NCBI GenBank assembly: GCA_963850305.1
Contig: CAWKKR010000008.1
Span: forward strand, 1,248,001 to 1,312,000
Source of the DNA: an uncultured delta proteobacterium
GTDB taxonomy: Bacteria; Myxococcota_A; Polyangia; Polyangiales; Polyangiaceae
DNA length: 64,000 nt
Direction: 5' to 3'
Positions within the stretch are counted from its first letter, which is position 1. Every line of letters begins with the position of its first letter. A model generated the notes under the pieces. The model was not told where the DNA came from. It ran no database searches and saw nothing but the letters and a program-made list of their open reading frames with translations. Positions 18,821-29,441 of this stretch are shown here, one piece after another. The position numbers were made by a program, and so were the translations under genes.

Positions 18821-20779
18821 CTACTTCTCGACCGCCCCGATCGTGCAGGGAGTCTTCCGTGCTTTGCCGGTTTGATCGGTGGTCGGACAACCCGTGCCGA
18901 CTTGCACCACCGCCGCGGCGGCAGCCGGCAAGAGCGTCCGTGTCAGACCGCCGTTGTCGGCGAGAGCGCCGAGCTCGGGGTCGGCAAAGTCGATTCCGGT
19001 GACGCAGGCGGTGTCCGTGCCTCCACCGACGGCCTTCTGTTTCGGCCACTGGACGTCGTGAGTGCCCGTGAAGGTGTTGCCGCAGGCCATGCGTGCGTCG
19101 TCATTCTCCGTCGTATTGTTCGAAAATATCGTGTTGTCGATCGTCAAGCCGTTCCCAAAAATCGAGGCGGCGTAGAAGTTCGAATACGTGTCCGTGCCGC
19201 CAAGCGCCTGGTTGTTCGCGAACGTGCAGTTGGTGAGGGTGCCGCCGTTCGAGAAGATGCAGAGCGCACCGCCGACACCGGCCGTTGCGGTGTTGCCGGC
19301 AAGGGTGTCGTTGTAGAAGGTCAGTGTGGAACCATCGGCCTGGAGAGCTCCGCAGCCGGGCGAGGAGTTGTTCGAGACGGTCGTGTCGTTCATCTTCACG
19401 TTCGCTGCGTGTGCGTAGAACGCACCAGCCCCCGGCCCGGCGCCGGTCCTGCCCACCGGACCGTCTGCAACATTTCCGTCCATCGTGCACAGGTCGATCT
19501 TCAGATTGTGGACGGGACCGTCGAAGACACGGAAAAATACCCCGCCGAGCGCGTTCGCGTGATTGTTCGAGAACACGTCCCCGCAGAATGTCGTGTCACC
19601 GTCCGAGCCGCCATCCATGTAGATGGCGCCGCCACTGCCTCCGTCACCCACTTCCCCGCTGGGGCTCGAGCATGAGGTCTTGTCGATCGTGTTCTGGCCC
19701 GTTCCGGTCGCCGTGTTGCCGGTGAACGTGCTCGTGTAGACGGCGAGATCGCTGTTCAGCGAGCCGATACCGCCTCCATTGGAGGCCGTGTTGTCGGTGA
19801 AGGTGCTGCCGACGACGGTCGCGCCGAGCGATCCATTCACGTAGATCGCACCCCCGGCCACGTCCGGCCCCGGCGTTTGCCCCGCGCTGTTCGTGAAGGT
19901 GCAGTCGAAGACGCGGAGCTTTGCGTCGAGCACGAAGACCGCACCTCCGCCTGCGTCCGTGTCGAATCCCTCGGAGCAGCTCCCGCCGTAGTCGGTGAGT
20001 GCCGTCCCGGTTGCCTGGCCGTTCTCGAACGTCAGGTGTTGCAGGGTGATCGTCGTCGACGTCGTGCGATAGCCTCCGCCGTTGAACGACAGGAGGCGCG
20101 TCGTCCCTCCGCCGTCCAGGGTCACCATGCCTCCGCCGTCGATGATCGTGTCCTTGCCCTTCGGCGGCGTGAGCGGCGCCGTGAGCACGATGGTCGTCGG
20201 GCCGCCACAGTCGAACGTCACGACACCACCCGTTTTGACGGCGGCCGACACCCCGGCCTCGTCGCACACGTGAGTTCCCTGTCCGACGACCGTCGTCGGT
20301 GTCGCGACGTTCGCCGCTCCGAACGGAAGCGTGCACGACGAGGGCAGCGTCACCGGGGGAGTGACCGTTCCGCTTCCACCTGCGCCCGTCGCGCCGCCAT
20401 TGCCGGTCGCGCCGCCATTGCCGGTCGCGCCGCCATTGCCGGTCGCGCCGCCGTTGCCGGTCGCGCCGCCGTTGCCGATCGCGCCGCCATTGCCGATCGC
20501 GCCGCCATTGCCCAACCCCCCGTCGGTCGGACTCTGGTTACCTCCGCCGTCGGTCCCGTTCCGGGCGTCGCCTCCCGCACCGGTCGTACCCCCGCCGCCG
20601 CCGCTGCTCGCGCCGCCGTCCCCGGTCGAGCTCTGTCCACCGACATTGTCGGTCCCCGATCCGCCGGTCGATGTTCCGCTGTCGTCGAGTGGATGCGTGC
20701 CCTGGTTCGATGACGTGGCCGTCGAGCATCCGAGCAACAAGAGGACGAGTGCTGCATGACACGCCGATCTACGATTCAT
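18821..20779 (-). CDS. Lipoprotein with parallel beta-helix (GGAI..FxxN repeats) and choice-of-anchor-Q-like C-terminus
   Basis: Lipobox LLLGC; GGAVF/GGAIY repeats; LGALADNGGLTRT..CTIGAVE. Confidence 0.75.
   Translation of the reverse strand: MNRRSACHAALVLLLLGCSTATSSNQGTHPLDDSGTSTGGSGTDNVGGQSSTGDGGASSGGGGGTTGAGGDARNGTDGGGNQSPTDGGLGNGGAIGNGGAIGNGGATGNGGATGNGGATGNGGATGNGGATGAGGSGTVTPPVTLPSSCTLPFGAANVATPTTVVGQGTHVCDEAGVSAAVKTGGVVTFDCGGPTTIVLTAPLTPPKGKDTIIDGGGMVTLDGGGTTRLLSFNGGGYRTTSTTITLQHLTFENGQATGTALTDYGGSCSEGFDTDAGGGAVFVLDAKLRVFDCTFTNSAGQTPGPDVAGGAIYVNGSLGATVVGSTFTDNTASNGGGIGSLNSDLAVYTSTFTGNTATGTGQNTIDKTSCSSPSGEVGDGGSGGAIYMDGGSDGDTTFCGDVFSNNHANALGGVFFRVFDGPVHNLKIDLCTMDGNVADGPVGRTGAGPGAGAFYAHAANVKMNDTTVSNNSSPGCGALQADGSTLTFYNDTLAGNTATAGVGGALCIFSNGGTLTNCTFANNQALGGTDTYSNFYAASIFGNGLTIDNTIFSNNTTENDDARMACGNTFTGTHDVQWPKQKAVGGGTDTACVTGIDFADPELGALADNGGLTRTLLPAAAAAVVQVGTGCPTTDQTGKARKTPCTIGAVEK
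20388..20513. repeat. Coding 18-bp tandem repeat x7 (GNGGA[T/I])
   Basis: Seven units of (g/a)tcgcgccgcc(a/g)ttgcc(g/c). Confidence 0.9.
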
Positions 20780-20972
20780 CGGATCCTCCACCTCGTCGTA
20801 GGCACTACCTCCAGGGAACCACGACCATCGACCCGCCGGGAAGCGAGAATAGGCTCGCCGGATTTGTCGTTTCTCGAAGGAATCGCGCCGCTCCGTCGCC
20901 AAGACTCCGCGCGTTGCCCGCATTTCTTCGAAACCCAGGCGTTTCGGCGCACTACGGCTATGCTCGCGCCAG

Positions 20973-22502
20973 ATGATCCGGGAACCGACGCGCGCACTCA
21001 TCCGGAAGCGGCTTGCCGACGAGGTGGGGCGGATCGACAAAGACGCGCCGTTCCGGGTCGCGCTCGCCTATCCGTCGCCCTACCGCGTCGCGATGAGCTC
21101 GCTCGGCTACCAGTGTGTTTACCGAGAAATCCAGGGGATGCGCGGTGTTGCCTGCGAGCGCGTATTCCTTCCCGATGGCGCGGACGAGCCCGGAACGCGC
21201 TTGGTCGAAGAGCCCGTGAGCTACGAAGGGTTGCGCCCGCTCACCGAGTTCTCGGTGATCGCACTGAGCGTCGCGTACGAGCTCGAGCTCGCGGGCGTCG
21301 TGCGCCTGCTCGACGCAGCCAGGATCCCGGCGCTGGCCTCGGAGCGCGGAGAGCGAATGCCGTTCGTGCTCGCCGGCGGTCCGCTCACGTTCTCCAACCC
21401 CGTGCCGCTCGCGCCCTTCATCGACGCACTCGTGATCGGGGAGGCAGAGGGCATAGTGGCGTGGGCGCTCGAGGTACTGCGCGACGCGAACACCCGAGAC
21501 CAGGCGCTCGCGACGCTGGCGACACATCCGCACATTTTCGTGCCGAGGATTCATGGAGAGCTGCGGCCCGTCGCGGCGTGCGACGACGCGCTCCTACCCG
21601 CATACAGCGCGATCCGAACGCCGCATACGGAGCTCGCGAACATGTTTCTCATCGAGGCCGAACGTGGATGCTCGCGCGGCTGCCAGTATTGCGTCATGCG
21701 CAGATCCACGAATGGCGGTATGCGACTCGTGCCGAAGGAGGTGGTGCTCGAGACGGTCCCGGAGGGCGTGCGCCGCGTCGGTCTCGTCGGCGCAGCGGTC
21801 AGCGACCACCCTCGGATCGTCGACATCCTGCGCGGGCTGATCGAGCGCGGTTGCGAGGTCGGGCTCTCGAGCCTCCGGCCCGATCGCCTGAAAGAAGAAT
21901 TCGTCGAGGTGTTGAGGCTCGCCGGATACCGGACTCTGACGACCGCCCTCGACGGCGCGAGCGAGCGGCTTCGCGGCCTCATCGAACGCCGCGGACGGGA
22001 GCCCCACTACGTCGCCGCCGCGGAGCGAGCCAGGAAGTACGGGATGGACCGGATGAAGCTTTACCTGATGCTCGGCGTCCCGACGGAAACCGAGGACGAC
22101 ATCGACGAGTGCGCGCGTTTCGTCACCGAGATCTCCAAGGTGATTCCGGTCGCGCTCGGCGTCGCACCGTTCTGCGCGAAGCGGAAGACGCCGCTCGACG
22201 GCGAGCCCTTCGCCGGCATCGACGTCGTGGAAGATCGGATCGCTCGGCTTCGTTCCGGGCTGAAGGGCCGCGCGGACGTGCGCTCGCCGAGCGCACGCTG
22301 GGCCTGGGTCGAATATGCGCTTGCGCAGGGTGACGAGACCGAAGGGCTCGCGCTGGCTCGCGCCGTTCGCGCTGGCGGGCGCTTCGCGGACTTCCGGCAC
22401 GAGCTGAGCGAGCTCGGTTACCGAGTGCGCGGCCCGACCGAACCCCGGGTGCGGCGCGGGCCCAAGACCGCGGCGCCAATGTTGCGGGTTCTGCGCGCCT
22501 GA
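20973..22502 (+). CDS. Radical SAM protein with B12-binding-like N-terminal domain
   Basis: LAYPSPYRVAMSSLG; ERGCSRGCQYC (CxxxCxxC); SSLRPD. Confidence 0.88.
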   Translation: MIREPTRALIRKRLADEVGRIDKDAPFRVALAYPSPYRVAMSSLGYQCVYREIQGMRGVACERVFLPDGADEPGTRLVEEPVSYEGLRPLTEFSVIALSVAYELELAGVVRLLDAARIPALASERGERMPFVLAGGPLTFSNPVPLAPFIDALVIGEAEGIVAWALEVLRDANTRDQALATLATHPHIFVPRIHGELRPVAACDDALLPAYSAIRTPHTELANMFLIEAERGCSRGCQYCVMRRSTNGGMRLVPKEVVLETVPEGVRRVGLVGAAVSDHPRIVDILRGLIERGCEVGLSSLRPDRLKEEFVEVLRLAGYRTLTTALDGASERLRGLIERRGREPHYVAAAERARKYGMDRMKLYLMLGVPTETEDDIDECARFVTEISKVIPVALGVAPFCAKRKTPLDGEPFAGIDVVEDRIARLRSGLKGRADVRSPSARWAWVEYALAQGDETEGLALARAVRAGGRFADFRHELSELGYRVRGPTEPRVRRGPKTAAPMLRVLRA

Positions 22503-22546
22503 TCGAGGTTGCGACGCGTACCGGAAGCGGGGCAGAGTGCTGGCCC

Positions 22547-23191
22547 ATGGGCGTTCCTTCGATCACGGGCCTTCGCGCTTCGTTTCGGACCCTCCTTGCT
22601 TCGACGTCGGCCGCTGCGATTCTGGTGCTGGCCAGCGCGGCGCACGCGCAGATTCGCGATCCCGGCGACCACCCGAAGTACTCGGTCGATCTGGAGCCGC
22701 ACTTCGTCGTGGAGTGGGACGATTCGGACACCGACTACACGAACAGCGACGGGTTCGGGCTCGGTCTTCGGGCGTCGATCCCCGTCGTCGACAACGGCCC
22801 GGTCACGACCATCAACAACACGCTGGCCGTCGGCTTCGGCCTCGATTGGGCGCACTTCGACGGCGATTGCCAGAACATCGTCATCAACGGGGCGCGGCTG
22901 GGAGTGAGCTGCACGGGGGACCACATCGTCGTGCCGGTCGTCGCACAGTGGAATTTTTTCTTCACGCCCGTCGTCAGCGCGTTCGGGGAGGCTGGTCTTG
23001 CGTTCCAGCACGCCTCCGCGCAGGTTTCGTGCGACGGCGTGGTCGGCGGCATCTGCCAGGCCACGCATTCCGAGAACGACGTGCTCCCCGTGTTTGCGAT
23101 CGGTCCCCGGTTCACGCTGTCCAACTGGTTCGCGATCACCGTCAGGGTCGGTTACCCGTACATGACCGCGGGAGCCTCGTTCTTCCTCTGA
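22547..23191 (+). CDS. Exported protein, probable outer-membrane beta-barrel
   Basis: Signal peptide AHA-Q; alternating beta strands; C-terminal ..GASFFL. Confidence 0.65.
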   Translation: MGVPSITGLRASFRTLLASTSAAAILVLASAAHAQIRDPGDHPKYSVDLEPHFVVEWDDSDTDYTNSDGFGLGLRASIPVVDNGPVTTINNTLAVGFGLDWAHFDGDCQNIVINGARLGVSCTGDHIVVPVVAQWNFFFTPVVSAFGEAGLAFQHASAQVSCDGVVGGICQATHSENDVLPVFAIGPRFTLSNWFAITVRVGYPYMTAGASFFL

Positions 23192-23212
23192 GGCTCGACG
23201 AAACCGCGACCA

Positions 23213-24052
23213 TCACGCGAGGATCGGCAGACGGCGCGGCGCGCCTTCGACCTTCGGGTCGACGCGCTCGTCGTCCGGACGGCTCGAGGGGGCGAGGCCG
23301 AGCACTCGAGACAGGTCGCGATCCAGTAAGTGCGTCGGGCGCACGTTGCCGAGCGCCGCGAAGAGATTCCCGCGAACGTTCGGGTTCTCGGCGTGGAGAT
23401 CGGAGATCAGGCGCTTCACCTGTTTTCGCTTCAGATCGTCCTGCGAGCCGCAGAGATCGCAGGGCACGATGGGAAACGCGCGCTCCGCCGCGAAGGCGGT
23501 GAGATCTTCTTCCGAGCAATACGCAAGCGGACGAATGACGACGTTCCGCCCGTCATCCGACGTGAGCCGTGGGGGCATGGATTTGATCTGCCCCGAATAG
23601 AACAGATTCAACATGAGGGTTTCGATCATGTCGTCGCGGTGATGTCCGAGTGCGATCTTGGTCGCGCCCATGTCGGCGGCGAGCGTGTAGAGGATCCCGC
23701 GCCGGAGGCGCGAACACAGAGAACAATAGGTGTTGCCCTCCGGGATCTTCGCCTTCACGATCGAATATGTGTCCTCTTCGACGACGCGGTAATCGTAGCC
23801 CTCCGCCTCGAAGTAGTCCGGCAGCCGCCGCTTCGGAAATCCGGGATGCCCCTGATCGACGTTGACGGCGATCAGGGAAAACGAGAACGGGGTGCGTCGC
23901 TGAAGTGTGCGGAGCAAGTAGAGCATCGCGTGCGAGTCCTTGCCGCCGCTCACCGCGACGAGCACGCGGTCGTCCGGTTCGAGCAACCGGAACTCCGCGC
24001 TCGCTCGTGCGACGTTGCCGATGAGCCGCGTCTCGAGCCGGCTCTCGGTCAC
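23213..24052 (-). CDS. ttcA: tRNA 2-thiocytidine(32) synthetase
   Basis: SGGKDS PP-loop, CSLCSRLRRG, GHHRDD and PCDLCGSQ. Confidence 0.95.
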   Translation of the reverse strand: MTESRLETRLIGNVARASAEFRLLEPDDRVLVAVSGGKDSHAMLYLLRTLQRRTPFSFSLIAVNVDQGHPGFPKRRLPDYFEAEGYDYRVVEEDTYSIVKAKIPEGNTYCSLCSRLRRGILYTLAADMGATKIALGHHRDDMIETLMLNLFYSGQIKSMPPRLTSDDGRNVVIRPLAYCSEEDLTAFAAERAFPIVPCDLCGSQDDLKRKQVKRLISDLHAENPNVRGNLFAALGNVRPTHLLDRDLSRVLGLAPSSRPDDERVDPKVEGAPRRLPILA

Positions 24053-25959
24053 GAGAACTGTCCCCGCGCCGCCCGCGACACGATGCGTTCGAGATCGATC
24101 AGGTTGAAGGGCTTCGACATGGTCCGGTTCGGTACCGTAGCCAGAAATTGCGCGGCGCGGTCGGTGAACGCGCCGCCCGTCATGAATACGATGCGCTCTT
24201 CGAACCCCGATCGGGTTGCCCGCACCTTTTCGTAGAGGTCCATTCCGGACATGCGCGGCATCAAAAGGTCGCAGAAGATGAGGTCGAATTCGGCGCCGGA
24301 CAGGATCTGATCGAGCGCCGTCTGCGCGTCCGTGGCGACGGTGACGTCGTTGGCGTCGGACAGCGCGCGTTTGAGCATGTCCGCGACGAGGCGCTCGTCG
24401 TCCACGACCAGGACGCGGGCTCGCCTTTGCCGTCGAGCGATGGGCGCCTCGGACGGAGCGGCGTCGTCGACGCGCTCGGAGACGACCTCCGTCGCGGCAA
24501 GGGCCGGGAGCTCCACGCGAAACGTCGTTCCCGTCCTCGAGGTGCTCGTGACGGTGATGTCGCCTCCGAACGATTTGACGATGCCACGGGAAATGGGCAG
24601 CCCGAGTCCCGTCCCGACGCCGCGCGGTTTGGTGGTGAAGAACGGATCGAAGATGCGTCCGATGATCTCCTTCGGAATGCCCGCGCCGGTGTCGCTCACC
24701 TCCGCGACGACGAGATTTCCCTCGCTACGGAGCGAGAGCCGGACCTCGTTCTCTTGCGGACGACCTTCGGCGATGGATTGCGATGCATTCAGCAGGAGGT
24801 TCGTGAACACTTGCTCGAGGCGCGTCGCGTTCGCGACGACTCGCGGCACGTCGGCGTAGTCTTCGACGAGCCGCGCGCGGCGGCGCAGCTCCACGCCGAC
24901 CAGCTTGGTGGACGCAACGGCCGCTTCTTTGACTGAGACTGGCGCGTGACCGACCTGCTCCGCGCGTGACAGAGTCCGGAGATCGCCCACGATCGTGCTC
25001 ACGCGCCGCGCGCCGTGCTCGGCCTCCGCGAGCCGCTCCAGGAGCAGCTCGAGGCGCGCGGGATCCCCGTCGAACCGGGGCAGCTCGCGCATCAGGTACT
25101 GGAGATTCAGCATCAGGTAGGCGAGCGGGTTGTTGATCTCGTGCGCCACGCCGGCCGCGAGGGTCCCCATCGCAGCCAGCCGGTCCGCGCGGATGAGCTG
25201 TGCCTGCCCGCGCCGTCGTTCCGTCAGATCGCGGCCGATGCCGAGCAGCGCGGGCTCGCCTTCCCACTCGATCGCGATCGGCCGCAGATCGATGTAAACG
25301 AGGTGCCCATCCTTGTGCCGCAGCCTGACGCGTGCCGAGTTCTGTTGCGCGCCGGTCGTCAGCAACGCGCGGACGATCCCCGCCGCGACGGGCCGATCCT
25401 CCGGATGGATGTGCTCGCGGAGCGGGACGCTCGTCACTTCTTGCATCGAGCCGTACCCGAGGAGTCGGACCCCCGCCGGGTTCGCATACACGAAGCGGGT
25501 TTTCGTCCCGAGCGCGATGGCGTCGGGCGCCGCGTCGAGCAACCTGCGGAACCTGGCTTCCGACTCCGCGAGGGCGCGCTCCGCGCGAAGCCGCACCACG
25601 GAGTCGTAAAAGAAGAACACGACCGCCCGGCGCCCCGCGACGACTGAACGGCTCGCCACGATCTGGAGCAGTCCGTCCTCTTTCGTGGCGATGGACACCG
25701 CGTCCAGCGCGAGCGTGGGGGCCCGCGGGTCGGCGAGCCAGCTCGCGATGTGGTTCCGGCTCTCGGCGTCGAGTTCGAGATCCTCCGGAATCTGCTTTGG
25801 GTGGCCAACGAGCGCACGCATGCGGTCGTTCACGAATTCGCAGCGGCAGCCGTTCTCGGTCTGGACGGCTACCAGGACGCCGACCGTGGCGTGGCGCGCG
25901 GCGTCGACCAGGGCGCTGGCGAGGGCCGGGGAGTTCGCGAGGCCTGGCTCCGGCGACAC
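24049..25959 (-). CDS. Hybrid sensor histidine kinase (PAS-HisKA-HATPase-REC)
   Basis: AHEINNPL, FDPFFTTK, GTGLGL and a C-terminal VLVVDDE..CDLLMP receiver. Confidence 0.92.
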   Translation of the reverse strand: MSPEPGLANSPALASALVDAARHATVGVLVAVQTENGCRCEFVNDRMRALVGHPKQIPEDLELDAESRNHIASWLADPRAPTLALDAVSIATKEDGLLQIVASRSVVAGRRAVVFFFYDSVVRLRAERALAESEARFRRLLDAAPDAIALGTKTRFVYANPAGVRLLGYGSMQEVTSVPLREHIHPEDRPVAAGIVRALLTTGAQQNSARVRLRHKDGHLVYIDLRPIAIEWEGEPALLGIGRDLTERRRGQAQLIRADRLAAMGTLAAGVAHEINNPLAYLMLNLQYLMRELPRFDGDPARLELLLERLAEAEHGARRVSTIVGDLRTLSRAEQVGHAPVSVKEAAVASTKLVGVELRRRARLVEDYADVPRVVANATRLEQVFTNLLLNASQSIAEGRPQENEVRLSLRSEGNLVVAEVSDTGAGIPKEIIGRIFDPFFTTKPRGVGTGLGLPISRGIVKSFGGDITVTSTSRTGTTFRVELPALAATEVVSERVDDAAPSEAPIARRQRRARVLVVDDERLVADMLKRALSDANDVTVATDAQTALDQILSGAEFDLIFCDLLMPRMSGMDLYEKVRATRSGFEERIVFMTGGAFTDRAAQFLATVPNRTMSKPFNLIDLERIVSRAARGQFS

Positions 25960-26051
25960 GCGTTGAATATAGCGGTTCGGCACCCGACCGGGCCGGGTTC
26001 CTCGAAGGCATCCCCTCTATCTCGCGAGCTAGTGTTAGAACCGGACCTTCG

Positions 26052-26714
26052 ATGAAGAAGTACGCGTTCGTCGCCCAGGTAGCCTTCATCTTTGCCGCGG
26101 CACTGGCCGTCTACTCGTTCGTCGCCGCGGCGCGTGACGGAGAGCGGCGCCGGCTCTGCGGGGCGCTCTGCCACCTTAAGCCCGACTACGCGGCACGGAA
26201 CCGGACGGCTCCCGACTTCGAAGTGCCGGCCCTCGGCGCGCCGGGTACCAAGATTCACCTCGCGAGCTACCGCGGCAAGGTCGTCGTCCTGAACTTCTGG
26301 ACGAAGAACTGTCGTCCTTGCCTCGAAGAGATGCCATCCCTTGCCCAGTTCGCAGAGTCGCTGCGCGGCGAGCCGGACGTCGCGGTCGTCACCGTCTCGA
26401 CGGACGAATCGCTCGAGGACGTGCGCGGCACACTGCGGTCGGTCCTCGGCGGAGACCCGCCGTTCGCCGCCGGGGTCGACCCCGAAGCCGCGGTCGTACG
26501 CGACAAGTTCGGAACGCATCTTTATCCGGAGACGTGGCTCATCGATCCGCGCGGCGTCATCCGCGCCCGCTTCGACGGCGGCCGTGATTGGACGAGTCCG
26601 CTCGTTCGCGAGCTCGTGGACGAACTACGGCAGCCGCTCGCCTGCTCGGTCGAGTTCGCGAACGGCGTCGCCTCCGGAGAAGACGCCCCGACCTGCGACG
26701 ACATTGCCGGCTGA
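26052..26714 (+). CDS. TlpA/ResA-family disulfide reductase
   Basis: N-terminal TM segment, LNFWTKNCRPCLEEMP, YPETWLID. Confidence 0.88.
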   Translation: MKKYAFVAQVAFIFAAALAVYSFVAAARDGERRRLCGALCHLKPDYAARNRTAPDFEVPALGAPGTKIHLASYRGKVVVLNFWTKNCRPCLEEMPSLAQFAESLRGEPDVAVVTVSTDESLEDVRGTLRSVLGGDPPFAAGVDPEAAVVRDKFGTHLYPETWLIDPRGVIRARFDGGRDWTSPLVRELVDELRQPLACSVEFANGVASGEDAPTCDDIAG

Positions 26715-26790
26715 TCCTTCGACCTGACGAAACCGTGACGCACGGCTGACCCCAATCGAGTGCCCTTTCTCGTACCTTATCGTCCTAGGA

Positions 26791-27579
26791 ATGTCCCTCC
26801 CGCTCCCCATCGTCATCTTCTTCGTCGGTCACTGGTTGGCGAGCGTCTTCTTCCAGACGTTCTACCTGCACCGCTACGGGGCGCATCGGATGTTCACCTT
26901 CTCCCGGGGATGGGAGCGCGTCTTTCACTTCGCGACGTACGTGACGCAGGGCTCGTCGTTCCTGAACCCGCGGGGCTACGCGATCCTGCACCGGATGCAT
27001 CACGCGTATTCCGACACGGAAGGCGATCCGCATTCGCCGCGCGTACAGAAGAACCCGGTGCGGATGATGAACCGCACGCGGGATCTCTACCGTTCGATCA
27101 ATGACGGCACGTTCCCGGTCGAGGCCCGTTTCGACGGCGGCTATCCCTCCTGGCCCGCGATCGATCGCTTCGGTTCACGGTGGCTCTCCAGCGTGCTCTG
27201 GGGCGTGATTTACAGCGGCTTTTATCTGGTCTTCGCGACGGCGTGGTGGCAGTTCCTCCTGCTCCCGGTGCACTTTTTCATGGGCCCCATTCACGGCGCG
27301 ATCGTGAACTGGTTCGGGCACTGGATGGGGTACCGGAACTTCGACCAGGACGACGACTCGCGGAATACGCTCATCGTGGACTTCGTCACGCTCGGGGAGC
27401 TCTTCCAGAACAACCACCACAAATACGGCTCGCGCCCGAACTTTGGCGTGAAGTGGTTCGAAATCGACCCAGCCTGGATTCTGGTGAAGCTATTCGCGAA
27501 GCTCGGAATTCTCGAGATCCGCAGCGAATCGAAGCGCGCGGCGCCTGCAGAAGGGCTCGGCTTGTCCGCGGCCGAGTAG
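26791..27579 (+). CDS. Acyl-CoA/fatty-acid desaturase
   Basis: His boxes HRYGAH, HRMHH and QNNHH; DPHSP. Confidence 0.9.
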   Translation: MSLPLPIVIFFVGHWLASVFFQTFYLHRYGAHRMFTFSRGWERVFHFATYVTQGSSFLNPRGYAILHRMHHAYSDTEGDPHSPRVQKNPVRMMNRTRDLYRSINDGTFPVEARFDGGYPSWPAIDRFGSRWLSSVLWGVIYSGFYLVFATAWWQFLLLPVHFFMGPIHGAIVNWFGHWMGYRNFDQDDDSRNTLIVDFVTLGELFQNNHHKYGSRPNFGVKWFEIDPAWILVKLFAKLGILEIRSESKRAAPAEGLGLSAAE

Positions 27580-27668
27580 AGAATCCGGCCTTCTGCGTCA
27601 TAGTCCTCGAGCTTGAAAAGTGGCCCGCTTGGGGTGAGTCTCTGGGGAACCTCCCGGAGATCGGCTCC

Positions 27669-29441
27669 ATGCGCATCCTTCCTTTCGTTCTCGGTCTGTC
27701 CCTCGCGACCGTCGCTTGCTCCGGCGGCAATAACGTCCCGGGCCTCGGTGCTGGCGGCTACTTCAGTTATGGCGCTGGAGGCTACGGCACTGGCGGCTAC
27801 GGCGCTGGCGGCACGCCGGTTGGGTCCGGCGGGTTTCAGACCGCGACCGCGGGCGGCGCGTTCGGCAGCGGGGGCGCGTTCGGCAGCGGCGGCGCGTTCG
27901 GCAACGGCGCGGGCGGCTTCGAGCCGGACGTGTCAGTGGAACCCGACGGCAGCATCGATGGCTCGGTCGAAGCCGGTCTTGGCGACGGCAGCACGCCGGA
28001 CTCCGGCAAAATGCCCGCGTCGTGCGACGACCCCACGGAGAAGAAGTGCAACGCCGCGTGCGTGAAACCGAGTCCGTCGAACGGCTGCGCGCTCACCGGT
28101 TGCACGGGCTGCCCCAGCGTCGCGAACGGCGTCCAGACATGCGCCGCCGGCGCGTGCAGCTTCGAATGCAACCCTGGGTTCAGCGCCAAGAACGGCGCCT
28201 GCACGGGGATCCCGAACGCCGATGCGGGCACGGGTGTCGCGGACAACGGCAGCTGCAGCGCGAACTCCGCTTGTTCGAGCGGCGTCTGCAAGGGCGGCAC
28301 GTGTCAGCCCGCCACGTGCAGCGACAACGTCAAGAACGGCCGCGAAACGGACGTGGACTGCGGCGGCACCTGCGCGCCGTGCGAGAGCGGCAAGCACTGT
28401 GCGATCGCAGCCGACTGTGACGACGGACCGTGCCAGAGCGGCGTCTGCGGTTGCACGCCGTACGCCTGCACCGATCCATCGCTCGCCGGCCGTTGCGGCC
28501 CGTCGCTTGCCGACCATTGTGGCGGCACGACGCCCTGCGGTTGTGCGTCGGGTCAGACTTGTTACAACGCGACCTGCTGCGATCCCGAGACCGCCTGTCA
28601 AACCGCGTGCGGCCTGGTCAGCGCGTGCGGCACCACGATAGATTGCGGCCTCACGGCTTGTACGTCCGGTCAGACGTGCGACAACTCCAAGTGCTGCACG
28701 CCGAAGACCACGTGCCCCGCGGGCACGTGTGGCAGCGTGGACGATGGGTGCGGTGGTACCGTCACCTGCGCGGCTTGCACGAACGGCCGCGTCTGCGGCT
28801 CGAGCGGCCAGTGCACGTGCGACAACACGGACACGGACGGCGACGGCCTGACCGACTGCGACGAATACGACGACGGCGATCCCTGGACCGACCCCAACAT
28901 CTTCAACGGCCTCGCCGGCGCGACGTACGACAACTGCGACGCCAGCGCGAGCTGCACCACGATGAACACGAACGCCAAGGTCGACGCCTGCATGGCGAAG
29001 ACCGTCGTTCAAGCGCAGAACCTGACCTCCGGCTGGGGCTTCGCGAACACCTCGAACCAGCGCTGCGACGCCGCGTACGACTTCACCCCGAACTGGACGC
29101 AGGATTGCAGCGACTACACCTTCTCGGTCTCGTACACCGGCTTCATCAACCTCAAAGCCGGCATGAACTGCTTCGACATCGGCGGGACGAACTCCGACTC
29201 GTGCGGCGTCTTCTTCCTCGACGGCTCCGACGCGACCCCCGTCACGCACGACAGCGGGCCCAAGTGCTTCAACGTCACCACCGCGGGCGCTCACGCCGTC
29301 CGCCTCTTCTTCGACCGCGCGCCGTACCTCGGCGCCTTCTCCCCGATCATGGGCTTCAACTGGGAGCACTGCTTCGGCGGCGCCTCCTCGTGCACGCCGG
29401 GGACGACCGTGCCCCAGACGGATCTGCGCGTCAGTAACTGA
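27669..29441 (+). CDS. Cys-rich lipoprotein with myxobacterial Cys repeats, a DxDxDG Ca-binding motif and a PA14-like C-terminus
   Basis: Lipobox TVAC; CSDNVKNGRETDVDCGG, DGCGG and DTDGDGLTDCDE. Confidence 0.75.
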   Translation: MRILPFVLGLSLATVACSGGNNVPGLGAGGYFSYGAGGYGTGGYGAGGTPVGSGGFQTATAGGAFGSGGAFGSGGAFGNGAGGFEPDVSVEPDGSIDGSVEAGLGDGSTPDSGKMPASCDDPTEKKCNAACVKPSPSNGCALTGCTGCPSVANGVQTCAAGACSFECNPGFSAKNGACTGIPNADAGTGVADNGSCSANSACSSGVCKGGTCQPATCSDNVKNGRETDVDCGGTCAPCESGKHCAIAADCDDGPCQSGVCGCTPYACTDPSLAGRCGPSLADHCGGTTPCGCASGQTCYNATCCDPETACQTACGLVSACGTTIDCGLTACTSGQTCDNSKCCTPKTTCPAGTCGSVDDGCGGTVTCAACTNGRVCGSSGQCTCDNTDTDGDGLTDCDEYDDGDPWTDPNIFNGLAGATYDNCDASASCTTMNTNAKVDACMAKTVVQAQNLTSGWGFANTSNQRCDAAYDFTPNWTQDCSDYTFSVSYTGFINLKAGMNCFDIGGTNSDSCGVFFLDGSDATPVTHDSGPKCFNVTTAGAHAVRLFFDRAPYLGAFSPIMGFNWEHCFGGASSCTPGTTVPQTDLRVSN

